Shown here in pieces: positions 29,397 through 42,244 of a stretch of DNA of 64,000 nucleotides. The notes beneath the pieces are model-generated. The model saw only the letters and a list, made by a program, of their open reading frames with translations. It was not told the origin of the DNA and searched no databases. Each line of letters starts with the position of its first letter. The stretch's first letter is position 1. The stretch comes from Paraspadella gotoi (lineage: Eukaryota > Animalia > Chaetognatha): assembly GCA_051294375.1 (NCBI GenBank), contig CM119268.1, positions 6,267,525 to 6,331,524 on the forward strand, in the 5' to 3' direction. A program made the translations under genes and the position numbers.

Positions 29397-30167
29397 CGTA
29401 ACTAGCGCTGGCGCTACCGCCTCATATGCGACCTGATCAACGAAAAGTCAGTTCCTTCTTCTCGGAAACGATTAACTTTGGGCGCGAGTTTCTATATCCG
29501 ATGCTTAGCCATTTTCAAAAAAGGGGCGACTAGAGAGAGTTCCGCGATTGACCTAGCACCAAATATATCTAATTAACGATCACATTCGCGTTAGTCGACA
29601 AAGCTTGAATTTTTAATTTTATTTTAATTTTACTCGATGCAATATTCTTTAACTTCATCATTTGTTTAAGATGTATTGCATGACGGAAACTTACCCAAAC
29701 ATAAAAATTTGCTAAGACATCGAATCCACTAAATTTTTCCGCAGGAGAAAAAGTTCACATAAATCGTGGCTGGCCACGAAGCTAAAAGAGAAAAAACAAA
29801 TCACTACGCCAAATGACATTAAACCGACACCAGGCCAAATTATCTCAACCGTAAAGGCAAATGACATTTGGATATTCTGCGAAAACGTTTTTGGATAAAA
29901 ATAAATAGTCAACAATTAATTTTGACAAGGACCGTCGCGTCGCCGAATACGTATATACGGCAAATAAAAACTCAAAAGCGCTGGCGACGGGAAATGAGCA
30001 TAAAAAAAAAAAATAAACATCAGAATGAGTAAAATGTCTCATTTCTAACCGTTAATCGCGAAACGTAAAACGTTACAATAAGGTGGACTTTGGCAAGCGT
30101 AAATATAACAAAAAAAATTATGATCGAGTAGTTTTTCGGCGGCGTCCAAGGTCCACCGGGCGTTCCG

Positions 30168-31274
30168 TCATCTCAACTCCCCGCCGACGATGCTCGGTCG
30201 GCCAAACTTTTTCTCGGCGCGGCTGAGAAAGGCTTCGACCTGTTGGCGCTGAACCATGTCGAAGGCGGCGTCGGCCGCCGTGGCCATGACTTGGCTGCGA
30301 AACTCGTAGGTAACGTGAAAGTCCAACGTGCAGCTGCGGGGTTGGTTGGGTAAACCAGGCGAGAACCGGTACTCGCAGTTGAGATGGTTGAAAAGTTGCC
30401 CGTCTGTTCCGTTAACACGCAGCCAGTGGGGACGGGAACACTCCACGACGGAGTTATAGCTGGAAAGAGGGGGAAAAAATACGGGCGACTGTGTTTTGAA
30501 CATGAAAATTAAACCTATTAAGTTTTCAGCCTCGCTCCTGTCCACGTTACTCAATTCCTATACCTTTCGACGAAGGGCGGGAATCCTATTTGGAGAACGC
30601 ACTCAAAGTAAGAGTCGCCTCGGCGTTTATAGACCTCGCTCCTTGTGCAAAAAGGAAGAAAGTCTTCGTATTTGTCGACGTCGGAAACGACTTCAAACAT
30701 TTCCGCCATAGAGTAGCTGAGTCAGAATGTGTAAGACGAAATGGTTAAAAGTTTCGACAAACATTTATCTCCATATAAGCAAGAAATACTGGAAAGTAAA
30801 GTTACACGTTTTAGTGACTCAAATGACGAAGACGACGACGACAGACGACGGTGAAAAGTTGAAGACTTGTGTACTCTAATAAACTCACCCCACGACTCTC
30901 CTCTCGGAATACTCGCGCCTCTTGTTTGAGCCACTCGGATTAAAGAAAGTACGCGCCGGGTAAGTGGAGAAGGAGGCGGCGCGGGGCGCGGCAGGACGTA
31001 GCGCGGCTTCCGAAAACTGGCGCCGCTCCAGGTCGCGGCTTCTGGACGGGCGAAGAAATTCGGGGACGGACGAAGGACTGTCTCGTTCGTTTCGCTGCTG
31101 ATGATGTCGTGGTTGATGCTCTTGTCGCTGCCCTCGCTGTTGGCAGAGATCGAAGACGAGGGCGCTGAAAGTCCGAGCCTCTTGACGGCGGCGCTGACGA
31201 GGAAGACGCGGTCGAGGAGGAAGTTTGACGGGGACTCCGAGACGAGCGAAGCGGAGAAGATGAGAAAAGCCCAT
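30168..31274 (-). CDS. COQ10: Coenzyme Q-binding protein COQ10 (START-like)
   Basis: [32 protein letters not shown]...LQIGFPPFVE...LFNHL...CTLDFHVTYEFRS...AFLSRA; three exons. The N-terminus is Arg-rich and presequence-like; the start codon is less certain. Confidence 0.92.
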
Positions 31275-31594
31275 CGCACGAAGGGACGCGATTTATATAG
31301 AGGGGGTCAAGACCGCGCGCGCCTCTCCGGCCTCATCCTTTGACGTCAGGAGTTCATGATTCAAATAAAAATAAATAACTGATTCGTAAAAAGTGGAATT
31401 GTCGAGATCAAGTTACAATAAATAAACAACCGTTGAGTTTAAACAAACTCGTAAACTAAAAGCGAGATGCAAAAACGAGAAAAACATGTCTCGATCCATC
31501 AAACAAAACGATGGAGGAAAAACTACAACAGTCAAAATAAGAATGACGTGTTAAATAAACGAATTAGTGAAGAATCGACAGTTGGAAAAATATC

Positions 31595-33510
31595 TTAGTG
31601 GTCGTCGGGAATGTCGACGTGAACCATGTCCCTTTTAGTCCTTTCTTCGTTGTAAAACAACATGGCCGGTAGGTGGAGGTAGAGAGCGATACTTCGTGGA
31701 TCGAGTTTGGTAGTTATGCTCAACCAACCGCGTAGAACCGTCAAACGATCTTCGCGAGAGAGGCCTTCCGGGTTAAAGCCGCGCGCGAAGAGAGTCCATT
31801 CAAGGTCCAGATCGCTGAGGGAGTCGAGGCCTTCTACGCGTAAGGCTTCGTCAATTGCTCTGAGATGGAAGGCACTTTTTAAATAAAAATAGAAACGCTC
31901 ATTGAAGACTCGAAAGGCAAGAGTCGAAACAAGTTAAATAAAAGGTAAAGACGAGGAAATGGTATGATTCCTACCGCAGCATCCGTCCCTCGATGTAGAG
32001 GTTCCTTTGAAATAGAAGCACCATTTTAACGTCATTGGCTCGGAGTAGCGCGCGATTATGGGACCGGGAAAAGTATTCCAGGTCGAAGGGAGCCTTTCGA
32101 AAGTAAGGCTCGATGAGGAGGAGATCGTCGAGGGTGGGCGTCTCTCCTTTCTCAATCCTTTCGACCAAAGTGACCACGTTAGTCTGCATTTCACCAGGCT
32201 GAATGGGGAAAAGAAGTTAGTTGAAAAGAATATAAAATATAGGTTGAGCAGTAGAATCCAAATTACTACTACACTATACTATTAAGTCAAAAGAACCTGG
32301 AGCTTTTTGACAGCGCAAGATTTGAGTTTTCTGAGCAGTGTTCGATAATAAGCGATCCTTTGCTTGTGATCCAAGATGGCAAAGTTCCTTCGTTGCTCCG
32401 GAGTCCAGAAATGAGAGGACAACAAATAGCGAGGAAAGGCAGCCACAATCGGTAGAGTCATTATTGCCCCCCCTGTTTGAAATATAATTTGAGCTTCTTA
32501 TTTAAATATAAAAGAAAATAAATTAACGTGTTGCTTATTATTTCTTTAAAACGAGCGCAAAAAAAATGAATGAACAAGGGTTACTAAATTTTATTCAAAC
32601 AACTTAAAGAAAATAAAAATAAAACCTGGAAGTGAGAAGATGATCATTATTGGCAACACTTTCTTAATGTCCTTGGGCAATTCCAAATAAACTTCAAGAT
32701 CTCTCCTCTTGAAGAAATGATAATCAGCCTAAAAAAAAGCATTTTTAACAGCCAAAAAGTCCTTGTCTTTGGAATACTTAATCGTGACACGTACTTGGTA
32801 GTGCAACGTCGTGGCCATTTCCGTGACGCGGACGATATCTTTGAGAAAAAGTTGAAACCCATTCGAAAGAGACTTGTACTTCTTATAAGTCTCTGGGCTT
32901 AATTTTTCGAACCCACTATCGAACCAGGAGAAGAAACGGAGGAACCTTAAGGGGGAGAATAAAATTAAAAAGTATACAACGTATATCTCATCCAATTACG
33001 ACTAGCTCATTGCCGTTATTACCTGTTTAGGAATTCTTCCCTCAGCCAATTTTTCCCGGGAATCAAACTGGAAGAAAACCTGGAGACCCATTCCTTGGCA
33101 CCGACGTCGGCGAAGGGCGCGAACGACGCCTGCTTTTTTAGCAAAGGCTTAGAGAAAGTTGTTAGGCCGGTGCGGAACGGAGATTTCGAAGGATGATCGG
33201 TTGGAGGATTATCGGGTGGAGGAGGTGGAGGAGCGGAGTCGGGCGAAGGAGACGACTCCGTATCGTCGACCTTCTTCGGGTTGCTTTGGATGCCGTTGGC
33301 GTAGAATCGTCTTCGATGATCGCCGAAACCCGATACTTCCACCCTTAATTCAGAAAATAAAAATCCGTTGAGCCCATGATTCGTCGTCAAAGAGGAAATC
33401 TCCAACGCAGATTTCGCGACGCGCCCGTGCTTAACAACACTGTGCCGTGTTGAGCGCGATCCCGCCACCACCGCGCAGGACGAGACGAAAGTGGAGAATC
33501 TTCGATTCAT
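31595..33510 (-). CDS. LETMD1: LETM1 domain-containing protein 1-like
   Basis: DIKKVLPIMIIFSLPG, AFPRYLLSSHFWTPEQ, LRAIDEALRVEGL...ARGFNP; six exons; presequence-like N-terminus. Confidence 0.85.
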
Positions 33511-33967
33511 CTTCGTTATCTCGGGTCTTCAACCCTCATCACTTAAATTATGTTCGGTATCGCCTCAATATTTCTATGACGGCGAGTGTGGTTTTATAGT
33601 TTTATCGTCTTCATTCGACGAAATCGTCCAAGAGCGAGCGAGCTGAGTACAAAAACATTTCGGTAAAAAAAACCACATTCTGCGAAATGTTATAATCATT
33701 CGCTGATATACAGTACGAGCCAACTTGTATAAAAACTAGCTTATATTTGTTTTCACTTCGTAAGTTGCTCGTGAATTAAGAATTTAAAACGAAAAAATTC
33801 AAAGACAGAATTCTGGTGATTAATACTAAAACAGTCATAAGGCACATGGAGTAACAATAAAATATATTTTACGACTAGTATTCCAAATTCAACTGTAAAC
33901 TACGCAAATAGGCAACATTGTAAATAAAATAAAATAAAACGCGAGAAAAATAATACTTGGTTGATCT

Positions 33968-36900
33968 TCACAGCTTAGTCTTGACTTTTTTGGAGGGGGC
34001 CTTCGAGAGCTCTGGCTTATGTTGCTGATGATTTCCCGACATAAGTTTATACTGGTCCACAATGAGCTGGACCTGCTTGGAATGGATCGCGACTACTGGG
34101 CCTTTGAGCTTCTTTGTTCCGTCCAAGCACCGCAAATTAAGGCGGCACCTGTCGAAATCGTATTGCAATTGAATGCGCTCGAAAGGAAACGTTTGAAGGT
34201 ATTCCTGGGGCCTAACGACTCCCTTGGCGCCGACCTAAAAAATATGTAATCGGTCGCATTAACTGCTAAACAAACAATGATTTCGAAGTCTCGAAATTTC
34301 TACCGGAACACCGAGCACGTGCACCCCAACGTCATTTACGGCGACGACGATCGGTGTTTTCGACTTCTGCCGCCTTCCAACGCCCCCGCTTCCGGTCAGT
34401 CGATCCCCGTAAAAGTATCGAGAACCGTAGACGGTGAGATTCCAGCAAAACTTGAGGTAGTGATGCTGCAGGACCCAGAGAGGTGGTTGCGGAGAGGGCA
34501 TGTTATCCTTGAATTTCTGATAGGCGGCGGCGACATTCTTGGCGAAAGTGGCAGCCACGTTGGAAGAGGAGGATGACGAGGATCCCCCGCGAGAGACGAC
34601 CAAATTTTTGGGGACGACCAAGTAGAGGTTGTTCTCCTCGGCGCGGACCAAGGATTGGAGATGCTTGGCAAAGTCGCGCTTGGGCGCACAAGAGGCGAGG
34701 AAAAGGGCGGCCAAAGAGACGCCATCGTCTTCAGTGCAAGGAAAGAGGCCATCGATGAAATTGTGGTAAGCTTCGTAAAAGAGGAGAGAGATGGCGATCG
34801 GGTTGCGCACTTTTTGCTCCGCGGAGAGAGTAAGCCACGCGTCCCTCCTGAAGAAAGTGTGAATTCAATTATTGATTATAACATTATTTCGTCTTGTACA
34901 ACAAAAAAATTTTAAGAATATACGGCAAAAACAAACTTCTTCAACGAAGAAATAAAACAACTCTGAGCCCCAAGCTCACTTGTAAAAGAGTCTCGGCGGC
35001 TCGCTATCCACCATTTCCGACTCGATATTAGTAAGTTGCGGCAAGATAGCAGTCGTCCACAGCTCCATTAAGTACATCGGGCAGGCTTCGGGGAGCAAAG
35101 GGATGCAAAGGCTCTTGGAGCATATCCAAACGCTGAAGACTTGACGCGGAGGCTCTTGATCGGGAGGATGCTTTCCACTTGCGGGCGAAGCGTCGACGGT
35201 GTCAAGAAGGAGTAGCTTGACCATCTCGGAGTTTATCTCTTCGACGGTCGTTTCGAAGCCAGATTTGAGAACAACATCCTTCTTACGACCGTCCATGAGA
35301 TGAACGGCCACGCTTTGTTTCGGACGATTCATGGACTCTTGGATCTTTTGAGCGCACGCCTGGTACCTGTTGAGCGTGGAGTGGATGAACATCACGCAGG
35401 AAATTATTTGAATCCATCAATTAATTAGCTAAGCGTTGTAACTTTTAAGCAGCTTACTCCGGCATGGGATGAGACTTGCAGAGATCGTAGGCCGTCTTCC
35501 CCTCTTTGTTCTTCGCCTCCAAATCGATCTTCGGATGATCGACGAGTTCTTCCACGACAGCGGCGTGACCGCACAGCGCCGCCAAATGCAGCGGCGTCGC
35601 CGCGGCAGCGTTCCGCGCATTGGGGTCAGCGCCGACGAAACCGAGGCGTCCTTGGAAGGTCGGGAATCTGAGAAGGCGATGACGACGACTGCGGCTGCCG
35701 CGGGTCGAGTCGACGTTGTCCCCTTCCGCCTCCCAAAGGGCCGGGCGCGCCTTCACGTCGGAAGGCAGACGACGAAGCGAGTGGGGATGACGAGGCAGTT
35801 GATAAAGTTGCTCCTTGGGCGAAGCCAGAAAGTCTGGTGCGCTGTCGCTCAATCGACGCCGAGCGATCCGATAATCGGGCATTGAGGCCGAATCCCGCGA
35901 GCGGGACCGGTCGGCACCGTCTCCATCCGCGACGCGCTTCGACGCCACAGGATACAAGAGAGAACGGACTGCGTCGGCGTTTCCACCCCAAGCCGCGTGG
36001 TGGAGTGGGGTCCAGTGGTCGTCGTCGAATTCCGTCGGAGACTTTTCTGAATGAAAAAAATTATTTTCTACGGATTCCGGTTGGACTCGTGATATACTAA
36101 TTAGCAAAAGGCTTTAAAACCATGTTAAATTTTAAACTTAACGCTTACGCTGATTAAGAATGAGATCGAGGATGTCTTTACTGGATCCGTGATAAGCGGC
36201 TCGGTGAAGGGGAAAGTCGGCCTCGCGAATGACTCGACGCTGCGATGCCGACCGCGCCCACCACTTACGGGGGACCCTCACCTTGGAGTAATCCGGCGTC
36301 TGGCCCTTGAAAAAAAAAATCAAAATCAATCAAATAAATGCCACGTAAAATCGTGAAGAGAAAAGTAAACTACATAGATGATGTAAGAGATACATTCTTA
36401 GAATAATACTAAATGAGATTGAGATTTCATCAATCTCATTTGCATATAGTAGTAAATCATTTTAAGTGCAATTGATTTTTGTACTGTAATATTTTTAGGC
36501 ATATATTTGGATTTTATATTACTTTTCTATATTCTTTAGTAGTTTAATTGATTCATGGATAATTTTGTGATGATTTGATAGATTAGTTATGTCATTAATG
36601 ATTAAGAGTTTATCTCTATCCTGGCTGACCTTTTCATAACTCATAAATACTTTATTATTCAAAGGTGAAATCAATGGTCAGCTTGGATCAAGGGATGTAC
36701 TCTCATGTTAGAGTCCCATATCTCTGAAGTCCTTGCTCAATGTATTAAGTGTTGAATAGTTGTATTAAATAAACAATATTTATAATAATAAAGATAAATT
36801 ATTTTTCTATTTAGTTATTTAGCTATTGTAAAAAATCTCAGGTAAACTCGAAAGGCAGCGCGAGCACTATCACTGAAGATATAAGTAACAAATAATATAT

Positions 36901-38733
36901 AATTCATAACCTGAGTCCCACTCCTACAATGACAAAGACTTCCGGTTCTGGGAACATTAATCTTGTTTGCAGCTACAACCCGTTGGAAGAATTCTAAAAA
37001 AGCTCGAGCTGTGTATTTAGGCTCGTCTCATTATGATCCGCGTTCTCTCTTACCATGTTCCAGTAAGGGTTAACCACGGCGACCACTCGGGGCCTAAAAG
37101 TGAGCCCAGTGCTGAAAAGCGGGTTGACGACAACGGCGTCGCACTTGTCGAGAGCCTCGAGCGCAGCCAAGATACGGTCCTTTAGTTCGACGCGATCGCG
37201 GTGCTTCTGACACTCAAGCGCGCTGACAGAGGCGGGAGAATTGAGCCAACGTTGGATGGAAGAGAGGGAACTCTTTCCCACGGAACCGGAAGAGTCTCCG
37301 GAGTCTCCGCGACGGTGATCGGGCGAGAGTGGAAGAGCGTCAGCTTGGGAATCGTCGCCGTCGTTACCACGGGAATCGGCAGCTTTACGATAAACTAATT
37401 TCCTCGAAAACCGGTCGGTGAGTCGGGTCGCCGCAACTGCGGAGGGAAGAGAAGGTTCTTCTTTCGCAGCGCCGTCCAAATGTCTCCGATCGACCTCATG
37501 CCATTCGTGATGGGCGGTGGACGAGCGCTTTGGGGGCGAATCACCGCCAGCAACTCCCCCTCCTACCTGACTATCCCAAAAAGAGGTACCGAGCTGTTGA
37601 GAAATCTGTTCCATCAAAGAAAGACTTGAAGACGAGTCCCGCGGCGACTGAGAGGCTGATCGATTGGCAGTGGCGGCCGCGGAAGCCGCATTTTCTGCCG
37701 GCTTTTTGTTTTTATCGCTCAAGTTTTCGGCGAAAGATGCTTCTTCGCTTAAATGATTAAACTTGATCAAAGTGATTTTTTTGTAATTCCCTTCGGGCAA
37801 CAACGGAGCAACTACGTTGGTGGCGAACCGGCGTAAAGGTTGAGTGAGAAACTGCGGAGGCGGAGGCGGTGGCGGAGCGGGTCGCTTTGGCGGCACAGCA
37901 GCAGGAGATAACGATGATGGAGGTGGGGAAACTTCCTTAGTTGAAACCTCACCGTTAGGAGCCTTCGCTAATTGGTTCTCGACTGGAGAAAGTATATCCG
38001 AGTCCCTCGTTCCATCCGATGCGATCAAGGAAGGGCTGTAGGCAGCGCCGGTGATTCGAGAAGCCGCTGGAGCTTGAAAAAGCGCCGAGGCTCCGGCGGA
38101 GTTGGAATGGACTTTGGCGAGCCATTTTTCGAGCTCGTGGAGATGGTGTTTGGAAACAGCGGAAAAGGCCGGGTGGGCGTGGAACTGTGCGGAGATAACG
38201 AAGTCCAGGGGAAAGAAACGAGGCTCAAGCGGCTCGTCGAAAGAAAGTAGCGGCGAGAGGCGAGGATTGGACGCTTCTACGCCGTCGCTCTCCGACGCCG
38301 TAACGCAGACCAGGATCTGCGTGTTTTGCTTTGAAATAAAGCCGCGCGTTCGCATCGACGCCACCGTACCCTGAGAGAATGCAGATTTGGAAAAAAAAGG
38401 CACAAGATGGTTGGAGTTTCCACTGGCGATCACCAGGGCGCGGGATCCGCGAACACCCGATGCTGAATTCGTTGAAGTAAGGCCGCGGACAAACTCGAGA
38501 CAAAGTTGGGCCAGTGGAGCCTCGGTCGGGGCCTGGAGGTAGGGTAAGCTGCGTTCCACGTGGGGCATCCGTGACGAGGCACGGGACGCCGAAGTGGAAG
38601 AGAGTCGGGACACGAGGAGAATTTCGTAGGCGGCGGCGTTAAATGGAGAAGGGACGAGATTCGGAGAGGTTGCGCTGACATCGCCGAGCGAAGAACCGCG
38701 TTTGGGACGTATAGCCGCAATGTATACGTCCAT
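33968..38733 (-). CDS. KRIT1: Krev interaction trapped 1 (CCM1)
   Basis: MDVYIAAIRPK...YEILL (Nudix-like N-terminus), NPxF/Y motifs VVNPLF and VVNPYW, PDYSKV, ankyrin repeats (FPLHRAA, WTPLHHAAW, TPLHLAA) and a FERM domain; six exons. Confidence 0.92.
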
Positions 38734-39456
38734 TGCGTCAGTGACAGAGTTCGCAACCGATGAGGCGCTTTGCTTTTTAATTCAGATCCTTAACGTTTTC
38801 ATCGGCAATTTCGACTTCATGTCCGACGTTCGACGGCGGCCTCTTCGAATTTCGCGACTCAAGCGTCATATTTTTTTAATAGTTTTAAATGCTTCCTTTA
38901 ACAACGAAAAAAAGGTAGAATTTGATGGACCATCACACAATAAAATTTTTGACAAAAAGTCTAACAGTTAAAAACTTGAGGTAGGAATGTCAACGTTAAA
39001 ATTACTATTCTAAAATAAATCTAAATCTGACAATAACATTAAGCTAAAAGGCTCCACGAAATTTTTTTTTGGGGGAAAAAATGACATCACGCAAAAAACT
39101 ATACGGACAAGTCTCCTTAAAAACCTACGAAATTTTTCGAATAAGTCATAAGATGAAAATCTTTGAAATCAAATGGAAAATCTATTAAAATGCTTTGACA
39201 AGGATTCTCATTTTAAAAAAAAGGATAAAATTGAAATCCGCCACCGTGAAGATTAAAGGAAAAGGAGTGAGTAAAAATTGATCACAGAATATTCTTTTTT
39301 TTTTAAATCACAGCTAAGACGGGGAAAATGTACGAGGTATTCACGTTTTCGTAGGCGAACTTTGGTATTCTACGTCGAGAAAAGTTCATGAATCAACTTT
39401 AGTAAAGCTTCTCCCTACGTCGAAGAGATGGCTGAAAGGAACATCGTCGGGAGTCC

Positions 39457-41526
39457 TTACTCCTCAGAGGCCGTGACCGCCTTGGGCGAAGAGGCGTTTT
39501 TGGCGCGCCTCTTGTCGGCGGTCTCGCCCTCGGCGACGCCGGCTGAATTGGAGGCGTCGAACTCTTTGATGATGTCGCCCAGCAACGAGTGAACCCGAGA
39601 CAAGGAATCTTTGGGCAGAAGAACGGAAGTGCGGAAGCGAGTGGTGACCTGATCGATGCGAAGGAAAGAAACTCGTGAAAGTCAAACAATCGTATCTAGT
39701 TTTCTTCAGGTCAACGAACCTGGGAGATCCTCAGGTAGCTGCCCCGGGGATTGACCCCAGAGTCGAAGTAAAGTACTTTGCCCTGGTGGACGCGAAGCGA
39801 CTTGGACTGAGGGAAGCTCTTTTCCTTGAGGACAGTGGCGTCACCCTCGTCAACGTCGCCCACATCCGAATCATCCATGGGCCAAAACTCTACCAGCAGA
39901 TCCGACAAGATGTTGCGAAATTCCACGATTCCCTGGGCGGGAACCACGATCTGCAAAAGAAAACATTTCTTGAACGTTTTGTTTAGATTTGTTATTTTCC
40001 TTTGTTTTGTAGTCGGGCATTGCCTAGGTTCACCCCGCCTATAAGCATGACACCTTCAGTCCTGACCCGGTGGCTCATTGAGTAAAGCCATCAGCTCATG
40101 ACCACTAGGTACCGGGTTCAATCCCAACCCGGTACCTACCCTGTGGGAAGCGTAAGCAGCCTTGGGGGCGTGGCAACTCCTCAAGCCTGGTTCCAAGCCC
40201 AGGACCCGTTCCATGGCTACTAAAGGGGGTTATAGAAGTTACGGATAGTCATCTTCAGCCCACTTAGCGCCTTATCCACAGTTTAATAAATTATCTACCG
40301 AAAGCGAAACTTATTCAGAATTAAATAAAATATTAATTCATTAGCTGAATTTATACCGTTCCCATCGTTCCCTTTAATCAAAGGAATTCGATTGATCCAG
40401 GAAAAATAATACATATAGATTATAGAGCCTAAAAAACGTCTGCAACGGGATTATTTAGTCTTGTTTCGAAAATGTATTTAATATTCAGGAATTACAAAAA
40501 GTTCTCTGTTGAATATACTAGCTCACCTGGTTTCTGGTAATGTATCCGGCACGGGAAGAAGCTTCCGCCACTTGAAGAAATTTTCCTCGGCGATTTTCCT
40601 AAAACCAACAAAAAATTTAAATTACTACATCAAAGATCAATCGAAGTCGCATTTAAATTTAACGCTACCTTGAGGTCAAGAAAATAGCGTCTGCGTCCGA
40701 GAACCGGCATCTTGGCCCCACCATTGCTGTAAATAACGGCAGACTTGAGAGCGGGGTTTCGACCGCGAGTCGTGTCCGCGTTGGAAGAGGTAGAACTGCG
40801 GGCGGATCGAAGGAAAAATAAACAAACTTAGTTAAATTTGAAATGATATAAGTTTGTTTACATGCGTATGAAAGCTTATTTAGCAAGATAAAACCGACCT
40901 TTTCCTGACGACTTGTCCTGCAGTGCCACGGCCCATTGAGGCGTAGAAGTCGGCGAACTGAGTCAAATGGTTGCGAAACTCGCGCGCCGCCGTCAGAGTG
41001 AGCGCCACGCGGGACTTGGCGCCGTCGGGGAGCACCTCGGCGATCTTGACGAAACGGCCGCGGGAATTTTGCTTCAAATCGAGATAGAATCTGAAAGAGA
41101 TAATAAATTCGATTACAGTAGAAGAAGGAATAAACGGGAGCTTATTCTCAGGTAACCTCACCTTTTGCTTTGCACGTGAATGGTTCGACTGGCGAGTTCC
41201 TCCTCGCCCCTGGGTCCCCTGGGCGTCATGTCACTGCTCTCCAAGGTCGAAGAAGAGACGTTGACGGCGTCGTCGCCGCTCTTGACACCGGAGTCGGTGG
41301 TGACGTTTCCGCTGGCGTTCTGTTTGGCGGCGACCGGCGAAGCTTCTTCGCCGTCGGAGGCGACGTTCGTCTCCAACTCGACAGCGGCCTTGAGCGATTT
41401 GGCGTTGTCAGCGTCGCCGCCTCCCTGAGTAGTGGGAGGCGGACGGCGAGCCTGGGTCGTGCCCGCGCGTGGGGCGCCGGCGCCGGCGCGTTGCGGCTGA
41501 GGCTTGACGGTAGGCTGGTTCACCAT
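39457..41526 (-). CDS. PURA: Pur-alpha (PUR-repeat nucleic-acid-binding protein)
   Basis: [84 protein letters not shown]; six exons. Confidence 0.94.
40062..40282 (+). mobile_element. tRNA-derived SINE in a Pur-alpha intron, containing a twister-like P4/L4 motif
   Basis: A box TGGCTCATTGAG (40071) and B box GGTTCAATCCC (40115). The body contains GCCTGGTTCCAAGCCCAGG (40185-40203). Confidence 0.65.
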
Positions 41527-42244
41527 TGTTGCGGATACGGCTCGTGAAGCGGAAAATTAAGTTTCGGCAACAAACTTCGACTTTTAAAAAATCGGGAGTT
41601 GAACGATATTTTTTATTAGGAAAATGAACTGGTAAAGAAAAATTATTGGGGGGGCGATACGATTCTTGTAAGATTGTATAAAGATAGCTCAGTTTCGTAC
41701 CTTGCGAGTCAGTAATATACGTTTTTTCAACTATTAAACAGATTCTTTTTTTACGAGAAGAAAGAAATGTAGATTCAGAAGAAAGATCTCTATCGATTTG
41801 TCTTATCAAGGGATCCAAAGCTTGGGTTTTTGAACAGACGAAACGGTATATAGATTTCTTTTCTCTACAATCGCTTTTCCCGGTAAAAAAAAATAAATGT
41901 AATTATAAAAAGATATTTTTGAGCGAGGAACGCAACTATCTTAACATTTTCATTTTTTATACAAATCACAAGCTTTATAAAAACTCAACAAGAGTTTTAT
42001 CGCGTTCCTGGAAGCTAAACCCGAATCGACAAAGCATAAACGTAACACGACAAAGGCAGCCGATGAATGAAAGAAGGAAGAATAGTTTTTGTTGTCGCAA
42101 AAAGCTAAAATTTCAGAGGGGGATTTGGGGGGAATGAAAGAAACTACACACTTCCGGTGAACGGCCATATCAAGACGCAGCAAAGGCTAGAGTTCAGTTT
42201 GCTTATCAGTCACTGAAATTTTCATCATCTTTTCTCTTTCGACT

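Noticed and set aside
40062-40135. Functional tRNA gene (also 12782-12855)
   Set aside because: A and B boxes are present, but there is no good acceptor or anticodon stem and the sequence runs on into a SINE-like body.
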